A DNA stretch of 12,463 nucleotides. It comes from Conexivisphaerales archaeon (lineage in GTDB: Archaea > Thermoproteota > Nitrososphaeria > Conexivisphaerales > DTJL01). The translations under genes were made by a program, and so were the position numbers. Position 1 is the first letter of the stretch, and every line of letters starts with the position of its first letter. The DNA is taken from NCBI GenBank assembly GCA_049509455.1, contig JBEKZX010000045.1:1-12463 (forward strand), written 5' to 3'. Under the pieces are notes generated by a model that saw only the letters and a list, made by a program, of their open reading frames with translations, ran no database searches and was not told where the DNA came from. Positions 1 to 6,720 of this stretch are shown one piece after another.

Positions 1-1
1 C

Positions 2-139
2 GGCATCTATTTCAGGGACAAAGAAGCGGCTGAAATGCACCTAAGGATCGCACACAAGTTCAGAGACCTCGACGAGTCTCTCATCCGAGAAGTCGTGTTC
101 GGACCTGAAATAGCGCCACAGGCGCGGCCGCACTCTTGA
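2..139 (+). CDS. 3' end of an unidentified protein (partial, runs in from the left edge)
   Basis: Open frame from nt 2 reads GIYFRDKEAAEMHLRIAHKFRDLDESLIREVVFGPEIAPQARPHS then TGA at 137-139. Codons look coding-like. Family not recognised. Confidence 0.55.
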   Translation, partial: GIYFRDKEAAEMHLRIAHKFRDLDESLIREVVFGPEIAPQARPHS

Positions 140-178
140 AGCCCCCGTCAGACCGAGCCTCAGAGGGTGAGAAAGAAA

Positions 179-565
179 TCAAGCGACGGACAGGCGATTC
201 TTGACCCTGACCCGCTCGACCATCTGAACTAGGGCAACATGGTCCACGGCTTTGATTTGCTTCCACTCCGCCTCACCGTAGGCCAGCTCGCCCTCCTTGT
301 CAGCCATCGCTTCGTAGCGGTGACGGCTGCAATCCGCTCCCGCATGAGGACATAAAGAGAAGATGAATTCATCGAGGCACACGGGGTCGAGGATGCAGCT
401 CATCTCGGCAATGTCCGGCGACGGCGCGACGGGGAGGCTCCGCTGAAGCTTTTCAGTCCTGTCCTTCCTTCCCTCAAAGACCTCGGAGATGTCGGAGCTG
501 GTCGTGTCGCCCATGCATCTACAAGTAGGCGCGTCGTCCCATAAGGACGTTATCCCCGACTTCAT
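179..565 (-). CDS. Small Cys/His-containing hypothetical protein (128 aa from ATG 565; alternative start ATG 514 gives 111 aa)
   Basis: ATG at 565-563 overlaps the radical SAM stop (564-562) as ATGA. From 514 onward third positions are mostly G/C. Contains CRC, CILDPVC and CPHAGADCSRH. The ORF-track start at 634 overlaps the radical SAM gene by 73 nt and is unlikely. Confidence 0.6.
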   Translation of the reverse strand: MKSGITSLWDDAPTCRCMGDTTSSDISEVFEGRKDRTEKLQRSLPVAPSPDIAEMSCILDPVCLDEFIFSLCPHAGADCSRHRYEAMADKEGELAYGEAEWKQIKAVDHVALVQMVERVRVKNRLSVA

Positions 566-2217
566 CTTACGGTGGGCCCGCCATCGACGCCGTAGCGGGC
601 CGCCTTCTCTAGGTCCAGCCCACCCTTTCTGCAAATCGTCGAAATGGTGTGGAGCATAGCGCGGGCTCCCAGGGAGATGAGCAGACCGGTTCCGACCTTT
701 GAAAGCAGATCGCCTCTCGCGTCCTGGAAGGCATCCCTGGAGGCCATCTTTGCGAGGTGCCTGTACGAGGCGTAGTATACGGCCAGCTGCGATGCGTCCA
801 GGGGCATTGACCGGAAATCCCTGCTCTTTAGGAGCCCGAGCGGGATGTTCTGCATGGGCGTTACGGTGAATTCGAAGGGCCTACCACCCTCCAGCTCCGA
901 ATTGCTCATCCTGTTTATCAACGCCACCGTCGCCCAGTTATCCTCGGGAGTCTCCTCCATCTGCCCCACCTGTAACGTAAGGGCAGGCCTCCAGTAGCAC
1001 CTGTTCATCGCATACGTGCCCTCCCGGACTATGTCCTCCCATGAGCCGTCGGGGCCCACTCTAAGCGGAAGCGTCTTGTTGGGCATATGGATCTTGGCGA
1101 GCCTGTCGCTCCCCGTTTCGATCCCAACCTGCATCCCCACCCAGTTCGATGGCCCCGCCTTCACTATTCCTGAAAGCCTTGCTAGCAGCTCCGGATACGC
1201 GGCGGGCACGGATATCCTTCCGTGGGTGGGGTTCATGCCGGCGACTCCCTCGGCGCCCATGACCGCCCGGAATAGGTCTTCCAAGGCTTCGGAGTTGGGT
1301 GAGAAGTTCCTTCCGTGTTGGTAGGTGAATATTTCGTCACTGTGGAGCCACGGGTGAGAGATCCCGGCCCTGACGTTCACTTCAATTTCCCTCTTGATCT
1401 TCTCTGTCGGGTAGTAGCGCGGTGGCCTCAACGTGACCTCGCAGAAGTCGCAGCCGATGCCGCATCCTCGCATCACCTCCACCAGGCCTCTCATAGATGG
1501 ATTCACTATCTCAGGTATGTCCTCCAAGGAGGGGAACTGCCTGGAGAACCGGTGGCGGGATATGAACCTGTCATCGTCTACCCAGCGCTTTCGAGACTCG
1601 CCTTCAGAGGTCTGAAAACCTCTGTAGAACTCGTTGCTCCCGCCCTGCTGATCAGTTACAAACCTGAAGAGGTCTGAAACTATATCGTCCGCCTCTCCTT
1701 GGAAGGCGTAGTCGATGCCTAGGTGATTCATCTCTTCGGGGAGGACGACGAGCTCCCAAACGCCAGGACCCCCCACGATCAGCTTTGCCTTCTTCCCTGC
1801 TCGGGCTCTGTTGACTCTCCTCGTCAAGGCCTCGAACTCCCTCCTGACGTATGGCGGGTTCTGAGTCGCGAAGAGGACTGCGTATGACGCCGCGAGTGGG
1901 CCCAACCCTAAGGGGTCCATCGTCGTGAGGCCGATCACCTCCGTCTCTTCATCGATGAAATTTTCGATGTAATCTTCGTGGGCTACGACGACCTCATCGG
2001 GGGAAGACTCCTTGAGCAGAGAGGCCTCTAGCTTCCTTATGGAGTACGGAGCCCTAGAAGCTCTCCCGTCTATCGCTGCAGCGGGGCTCCCCTTGAGGTA
2101 CCGGTACACCGCGGAGGGGAGGATCTCCGTTGGCGCACACGGGAGAAAGTAGAGGAGGGGGAAGTCCCTGTAGGCGCAGGACAGGGTAGTGTCAGATATC
2201 AACACGAACCTGGCCAT
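562..2217 (-). CDS. grs: B12-binding-type (class B) radical SAM protein, GDGT ring synthase (Grs)-like
   Basis: 551 aa. CxxxCxxC motif (RGCGIGCDFC, nt 1441-1464). N-terminal region has APYSIRKLEASL, MDPLGLGP, IVGGPGVW and GEAD. EVMRGC...VTLRPPRYYP.EKI..E..VNVRAG, HSD and GIETGS.RLAK match my recollection of Sulfolobus GrsA/GrsB. Radical SAM call is firm; Grs function is inferred and A versus B cannot be told apart. Confidence 0.8.
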   Translation of the reverse strand: MARFVLISDTTLSCAYRDFPLLYFLPCAPTEILPSAVYRYLKGSPAAAIDGRASRAPYSIRKLEASLLKESSPDEVVVAHEDYIENFIDEETEVIGLTTMDPLGLGPLAASYAVLFATQNPPYVRREFEALTRRVNRARAGKKAKLIVGGPGVWELVVLPEEMNHLGIDYAFQGEADDIVSDLFRFVTDQQGGSNEFYRGFQTSEGESRKRWVDDDRFISRHRFSRQFPSLEDIPEIVNPSMRGLVEVMRGCGIGCDFCEVTLRPPRYYPTEKIKREIEVNVRAGISHPWLHSDEIFTYQHGRNFSPNSEALEDLFRAVMGAEGVAGMNPTHGRISVPAAYPELLARLSGIVKAGPSNWVGMQVGIETGSDRLAKIHMPNKTLPLRVGPDGSWEDIVREGTYAMNRCYWRPALTLQVGQMEETPEDNWATVALINRMSNSELEGGRPFEFTVTPMQNIPLGLLKSRDFRSMPLDASQLAVYYASYRHLAKMASRDAFQDARGDLLSKVGTGLLISLGARAMLHTISTICRKGGLDLEKAARYGVDGGPTVR

Positions 2218-2321
2218 CAGGATCCGCTCCGCCGTGCTTTGATTGGTTCCTCTGCGGGTGCTCTCGCCTCGGTCGCGCCGAGGCTCCCTGGCTCCTTCCT
2301 AAGCGACCGCAGCATGGCCAT
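2217..2321 (-). CDS. Possible 34-aa upstream ORF (MAMLRSLRKEPGSLGATEARAPAEEPIKARRSGS)
   Basis: ATG at 2321, 28 nt after a TATA-like CTTTAATT. Its TGA (2219-2217) overlaps the radical SAM ATG as TGATG. Short and GC-rich, so it may be chance. Confidence 0.3.
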   Translation of the reverse strand: MAMLRSLRKEPGSLGATEARAPAEEPIKARRSGS

Positions 2322-2349
2322 CGAACCCACCCTCTTACTCCTCCCTCCC

Positions 2350-2357
2350 AATTAAAG
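2350..2357 (-). promoter_or_regulatory. TATA-like box for the uORF/radical SAM unit
   Basis: CTTTAATT on the minus strand; the nearest AT-rich box upstream of the radical SAM gene. Confidence 0.45.
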
Positions 2358-2618
2358 ACCTCGTTCGAAGGTAGCCTCCTTGTGGCAAGTTCCCTCCTTC
2401 CTCACTAGATCAGTGAAGGTCCATCTTGGTGACGCAATCCGCGACGGAGTTCTCCGACTTATCGTTCACGCTGGCTCTCGCGCCATCGGCGACGGCGAAA
2501 CGAAGAGAAGGCCGGAAGGCCTAAACAGGTGACTCGACGCCCGCCGAAGGGAATCCGCCATCCATTACGGTCTTCCCCAGAAGCACGGACATTCTTCTCC
2601 CGGCCATGGCGCGGGAGA

Positions 2619-2625
2619 CTTAAAT
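2619..2625 (+). promoter_or_regulatory. TATA box of the cNMP-binding gene
   Basis: CTTAAAT ends 24 nt upstream of ATG 2650, the spacing expected for a leaderless archaeal transcript. Confidence 0.6.
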
Positions 2626-2649
2626 CTCTCCGGGGAGCAATTAAGAACG

Positions 2650-3078
2650 ATGGAAGCAGACCCACCAGGCGATTTGGTAGATGCTCTGAGCTCGACGGCA
2701 TTGTTCGTTGGCTTAGGGAGGAAGGACCTGCTGACGGTCGTCAAGCTGGGCAAGGAGCTGTCCTTCCGGCCGGGCGAGAAGATCGTCGAGGCGGGCGAAG
2801 GCGACATCGCCCTCTACCTGATACTTGAGGGGAAGGTCCAGATGAAGAGGGAGGGAAGGGTGCTCTCGGAGCTTAGCAGGGGAGACTTCTTCGGCGAGAT
2901 GGCTGTGGTCCATGGCCAGCCACGGTCGACCGACGTCACCGCCGTTGAGCCCACTCGATGTTTCGCCCTCTCGCGATGGTCCTTCGAGGCCCTCGTCCGC
3001 CTCTTCCCCGAATTGCCCATGATGATCGACGGGGAGTTGGCCAGGCGGCTGCGGGATACGGGAGAGGCCTCGAGGTAG
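2650..3078 (+). CDS. Stand-alone cyclic nucleotide-binding (CAP_ED/cNMP) domain protein
   Basis: 142 aa with F.PGEKIVEAGE, LYLILEGKVQ, phosphate-binding cassette GDFFGEMAVVHGQPRSTDVTA and C-helix ELARRLR. The protein ends 6 residues later, so there is no Crp-type HTH. Confidence 0.9.
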   Translation: MEADPPGDLVDALSSTALFVGLGRKDLLTVVKLGKELSFRPGEKIVEAGEGDIALYLILEGKVQMKREGRVLSELSRGDFFGEMAVVHGQPRSTDVTAVEPTRCFALSRWSFEALVRLFPELPMMIDGELARRLRDTGEASR

Positions 3079-3219
3079 CGAGCCCGTCGGTTGATTGGGA
3101 TTGGCGATGTGACTTCAAGCCCGGGAATAGCAGGCCCTGCTCAGCCGCGGTTCCATCTTGGCTACCCCGATCCTCAGGAGCTCAACCTCTCCGCCCGACG
3201 AGTGGCAGGATAGGCGGCT

Positions 3220-4026
3220 TCACACGACCATCCTAGGGTAGAGCTTGGCTCCGACCGCCACCAAGACGATCACGCCAGCCAGCAGAGCAAGGAAATCCAA
3301 AGTGATTCCGTACGTGCTGGATGCGCCCACGATCATCAGGGCACGGAGGGCATCCACCATGTACGTGAGCGGGTTGGCCTCCGCAATCCCTTGGAGCCAC
3401 TTGGGCATCATCGAAATGGGGTAGATGGCGTTGCTGGCGAAGAACAGGGGCATGGTCAGCACCTGTCCTATCCCCATGAAGCGCTCTCGCGTCTTCACTA
3501 GGGTGGCTATGATCAGGGAGAACGTGGAGAACAGCGCCGAACCCAGTATCACTATCACCACGACCATGACTAGGTTCAATGGGTTCCAGTTGATGTTCAC
3601 TCCAATCGCAAGGGCAAGCGCATAGGTGATGGCCGCTTGGGATAGAGCTCGGACTCCCGCCGACAGGGCCTTGCCCAGGACCAGCGCTCCCCGGGGTGTG
3701 GGGCTGACCATGAACTTGTGGATGATCCCCAGGTCGCGCTCCCAGATGACGGCGATGCCGTAGAAGATCGCGATGAACAGCACGCTCTGGGCCAGGATCC
3801 CTGGCGCGATGAAGTCGATGTAGGACAGGCTTCCGGTGGGGATGACGTGCATAGCTGACATGACCTGTCCGAAGACGAGCAGCCAGAGCGCGGGCTGCAC
3901 GGCGCGCGTGATGAGCTCCGTAGGATCGTGGCGGAGCTTCCTCACCTCCATCTCCCCGATGTCCACGCTTTTGCCGAAGAACTGGACGAGTGAAGTGGTC
4001 GCGTTCCCTACTGAGCGAGTCCCCAT
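3220..4026 (-). CDS. ABC-2 type exporter permease (DrrB-like), 268 aa
   Basis: About six hydrophobic segments; motifs FIAPGILAQSVLF, WERDLG, LFFASNAIYPI and NPLTY.VDALR. Start moved to ATG 4026, directly after the ATPase stop; the ORF-track extension to 4329 overlaps the ATPase. Confidence 0.9.
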   Translation of the reverse strand: MGTRSVGNATTSLVQFFGKSVDIGEMEVRKLRHDPTELITRAVQPALWLLVFGQVMSAMHVIPTGSLSYIDFIAPGILAQSVLFIAIFYGIAVIWERDLGIIHKFMVSPTPRGALVLGKALSAGVRALSQAAITYALALAIGVNINWNPLNLVMVVVIVILGSALFSTFSLIIATLVKTRERFMGIGQVLTMPLFFASNAIYPISMMPKWLQGIAEANPLTYMVDALRALMIVGASSTYGITLDFLALLAGVIVLVAVGAKLYPRMVV

Positions 4027-4027
4027 A

Positions 4028-4822
4028 CTAACCCACTCTCCTCGCCGTGCGCCTCCTCCTAGCCGTCTCCCGATAGCTTTCGCCCGTCTCAAGGAGCTCC
4101 CCCGCATAGAAGATGAACACGTCGTCCAGGGTCGCGCTCGGCCCCACGGACGCCTTGAGATCGGCGGGCGACCCGACGGCGGCCAGCCTTCCCAGATGCA
4201 TGATCGCCACCCTGGAGCACAGGATGTCCGCCTCCTCCATTTCGTGCGTGGTGAGGAGGATGGTGGTGCCGTAATCGTCGCGCAGCCTCCGGATGTGGTC
4301 CCAGACCGCACCGCGTGCCGCTGGATCAAGGCCGAGCGTAGGCTCGTCCAAGATGAGGACCTTGGGGTGGTGAAGCACGGACTGAGCTATCTCTAGACGC
4401 CTGATCATGCCGCCCGAATAGTTCCTCACCATCTTGTTGCCAGCGTCGGTCAGGCCCATGAACCGTAATGCGTCATCGATCCGCCCACTACGCTGGGCCT
4501 TGGGGATGTCATACAGCTTGGCGAAGATACCGAGGTTCTCGCGGCCAGTGAGAGTGCCGTCGGCCGAGAGCATCTGGGGCACGTAGCCGATCAATCTCCT
4601 CACCTTGCCAGCTTCATGCACGACATCGAAACCTCCAACGCTTGCCACACCGGAGGTCGGAGGCAAGAGTGTGGTCAGCATCTTGATGATGGTCGACTTC
4701 CCCGCGCCGTTGGGACCGAGAAGGCCGAAGATTTCGCCCTCCTCCACCGACAGTGTCACGTCACGGACTGCTTCCAGCTCCCCGAAGCGACGGGTGAGGT
4801 GTTCCGTCTTTAGGATGGGCAT
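4028..4822 (-). CDS. ABC exporter ATP-binding protein (DrrA-like), 264 aa
   Basis: Walker A GPNGAGKST, Q-loop VPQ, signature YSGGM, Walker B VLILDEPT, H-loop TTH. Confidence 0.95.
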   Translation of the reverse strand: MPILKTEHLTRRFGELEAVRDVTLSVEEGEIFGLLGPNGAGKSTIIKMLTTLLPPTSGVASVGGFDVVHEAGKVRRLIGYVPQMLSADGTLTGRENLGIFAKLYDIPKAQRSGRIDDALRFMGLTDAGNKMVRNYSGGMIRRLEIAQSVLHHPKVLILDEPTLGLDPAARGAVWDHIRRLRDDYGTTILLTTHEMEEADILCSRVAIMHLGRLAAVGSPADLKASVGPSATLDDVFIFYAGELLETGESYRETARRRRTARRVG

Positions 4823-4826
4823 CCTT

Positions 4827-5288
4827 TCACTTCACCACTGTCTGCCGCGCTGCGCCCGCCGCGAAGACTGTGCGAAGGGTTTCCATGGCTCTGACGATGG
4901 CCTCCCTTTCATCATCGCTCACGCCGCTCAGCTTTCCTGCGAGATAGGCCAGGGTCCCCCGCCTGGAGGCCTCCAGAATAGACAAGCCACTACGAGTGAT
5001 GGTCAATCTGACGCGACGCCTGTCGACTGGGTGCCCCTCACGCGCAACCAAGCCACGCGCGATGAGCCCGTCTACCAGATGGCTCGTGGAGGGAGGCGTC
5101 AACCCCATATGGCGAGCCACATCCGAAAGCGACGCACCTTCGTTGCGGTCGAGGAATCCCAAAGTGCGAAACTGGGGCACAGTTAGGTCAGGAGACCTTC
5201 GGCTCCGCATCTGAGACCGTATGTCTCTCATGACAGCCGGAACCACTTCGAGCAGCTGCCGGGCAGATACCTCAGGAGTTAGACTCAT
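4827..5288 (-). CDS. MarR-family transcriptional regulator, 153 aa
   Basis: LTVPQFRTLGFL, SLSDVARHMGLTPPSTSHLVDGLIARGLV and wing motif DRRRVRLTIT. ATG 5288 preferred over TTG 5309, which lies inside the operator/TATA region. Confidence 0.92.
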   Translation of the reverse strand: MSLTPEVSARQLLEVVPAVMRDIRSQMRSRRSPDLTVPQFRTLGFLDRNEGASLSDVARHMGLTPPSTSHLVDGLIARGLVAREGHPVDRRRVRLTITRSGLSILEASRRGTLAYLAGKLSGVSDDEREAIVRAMETLRTVFAAGAARQTVVK

Positions 5289-5289
5289 A

Positions 5290-5325
5290 ATAGTTGCATC
5301 GTCTAACAATTAGATAAACTAACTG
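5290..5325. promoter_or_regulatory. Two adjacent palindromic operators (GTTAG-N5-CTAAC-like) overlapping the marR promoter
   Basis: ATAGTTGCATCGTCTAACAAT (5290-5310) and CAATTAGATAAACTAACTG (5307-5325). The second contains TTTATCTA on the minus strand (5318-5311), 22 nt before ATG 5288. Confidence 0.65.
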
Positions 5326-5445
5326 CTTAAGGATTGCTCGTGTATGTTCGGCGAAGCCGTCGGCCTTGAGCTGGCCGCCCGCCCCTAGCGCAAGACATGT
5401 ACCTTGCGATCCGCATGATGTTTTGTCGCTCCGCAGGAGGAAACG

Positions 5446-5453
5446 CTTTTCAA
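5446..5453 (+). promoter_or_regulatory. Possible TATA-like box for ahcY
   Basis: CTTTTCAA ends 24 nt before ATG 5478. Non-consensus. Confidence 0.35.
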
Positions 5454-5477
5454 GGCTCGGCCTGTCATCACAATGAC

Positions 5478-6719
5478 ATGGAGCATTCGGTCAAGGACGT
5501 TTCTCTCGCGCCTGCAGGAGCCAGGAAGATGGCCTGGGCCAGAGCGAGGATGCCAGTCATCAACGCCCTGGAGGCGAGGTTCTCCAGGGAGAAGCCGCTG
5601 AAGGGAGTCGGGGTGGGCGCCTGCCTCCATCTCGAGGCGAAGACGGCCGTCCTCTGCGCCATCATGCAAGAGCTGGGCGCCCAGGTCTCGGTCACCGCGT
5701 CCAACCCTCTCACCACGCAAGACGACGTCGCCGCGGCCCTGACCAAGGAGGTCAGCCACGTCTATGCGTGGAGGGGCGAGACGGCGGAGGAGTACTCTCT
5801 GAACCTCGGCATGGTCCTTGACTCAAAGCCCGACGTGCTGGTCGACGACGGAGCCGACCTCTCGGTGATGGCCATGGAGAGGGGGAGGGGGAAGGGCATC
5901 ATCGGCGCGACCGAGGAGACCACGACGGGAGTCAGGCGCTTCAGGAACCTCGAGAGGGACGGTGTCTTGGGATTCCCCGTCATACCGGTCAACGACGCCT
6001 TCAGCAAGCACCTCTTCGACAACAGGTTCGGCAGCGGCCAGAGCGTAGTGGACGGCCTTCTCCGGTCCACCAACATGAACATTGCGGGCCGACGCTGCGT
6101 CGTCGTCGGCTATGGCTGGGTGGGTGAGGGCGTGGCGGAGAGGCTGCGCGGCATGGGCGCGCGGGTCGTAGTCTGCGAAGTCGACCCTTTCAAGGCGCTC
6201 GAAGCCCACTTCGAGGGCTTCGAGGTCATGCCCATGAGGGAGGCAGCCCGCGTCGCCGACGTCATCGTAAGCTGCACGGGCTGTGACGACGTCGTGGGTA
6301 AGAGGCACTTCGGCCTGCTGAAGGATGGAGTCATCCTGGCCAATGCCGGTCATTTCGACGTGGAAGTAAACGTCAAGGAGCTTAGGAAGGCTGCAGTGAA
6401 GGCAGAGGAAGTCCGACCCAACGTCACTCAGTTCACCCTCAAGGATGGCAGGAGGCTCTACCTCTTGGCGGAAGGGCGCCTTGTGAATATCGCCGCCGCT
6501 GACGGCCATCCGATCGAGATAATGGACATGAGCTTCTCTCTGCAGCTCCTCTCCGTGCTGTATCTTGTCAGACACAGAGGAAGAATGGAGAGGAAGGTGC
6601 TGCCGGTGCCGCCCGACGTCGACATCGAAGTCGCCCAACTGAAGCTGGAGAATGAAGGCATCAGGATCGACACCCTCACCAAGGCTCAGAAGAAGTACCT
6701 CGACAGTTGGGGACAGTAA
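5478..6719 (+). CDS. ahcY: S-adenosylhomocysteine hydrolase (adenosylhomocysteinase), 413 aa
   Basis: CLHLEAKTA, SNPLTTQDDVAAAL, DDGADL, EETTTG, KHLFDNRFGSGQS, GYGWVG, NAGHFD, EGRLVN, GHPIEIMDMSF. Start set at MEHSVKD, where family-like sequence begins. Confidence 0.97.
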   Translation: MEHSVKDVSLAPAGARKMAWARARMPVINALEARFSREKPLKGVGVGACLHLEAKTAVLCAIMQELGAQVSVTASNPLTTQDDVAAALTKEVSHVYAWRGETAEEYSLNLGMVLDSKPDVLVDDGADLSVMAMERGRGKGIIGATEETTTGVRRFRNLERDGVLGFPVIPVNDAFSKHLFDNRFGSGQSVVDGLLRSTNMNIAGRRCVVVGYGWVGEGVAERLRGMGARVVVCEVDPFKALEAHFEGFEVMPMREAARVADVIVSCTGCDDVVGKRHFGLLKDGVILANAGHFDVEVNVKELRKAAVKAEEVRPNVTQFTLKDGRRLYLLAEGRLVNIAAADGHPIEIMDMSFSLQLLSVLYLVRHRGRMERKVLPVPPDVDIEVAQLKLENEGIRIDTLTKAQKKYLDSWGQ

Positions 6720-6720
6720 C

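Noticed and set aside
1016-1677. Plus-strand ORFs of 102, 120 and 60 aa
   Set aside because: Entirely antisense to the radical SAM gene, with no motifs or promoter support.
1606-1679. 12-bp direct repeat AGAGGTCTGAAA (1606-1617, 1668-1679) inside the radical SAM gene
   Set aside because: Copies are in different frames, and a few 12-mer repeats are expected by chance in 12 kb.
4027-4329. N-terminal extension of the permease ORF (369 aa in the track)
   Set aside because: Alternative frame inside the ATPase, Arg/Pro/Trp-rich; the permease start is ATG 4026.
3836-5186. Plus-strand ORFs of 186 and 193 aa
   Set aside because: Antisense shadows of the ABC permease, ATPase and marR genes.
5389-5408. 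Inverted repeat CGCAAG-N8-CTTGCG between marR and ahcY
   Set aside because: Single 6-bp arm pair with no U-tract, second copy or match to the MarR operator.
5397-5477. 27-aa N-terminal extension of AhcY in the track
   Set aside because: Family-like sequence starts at MEHSVKD, and the extension covers the likely promoter.
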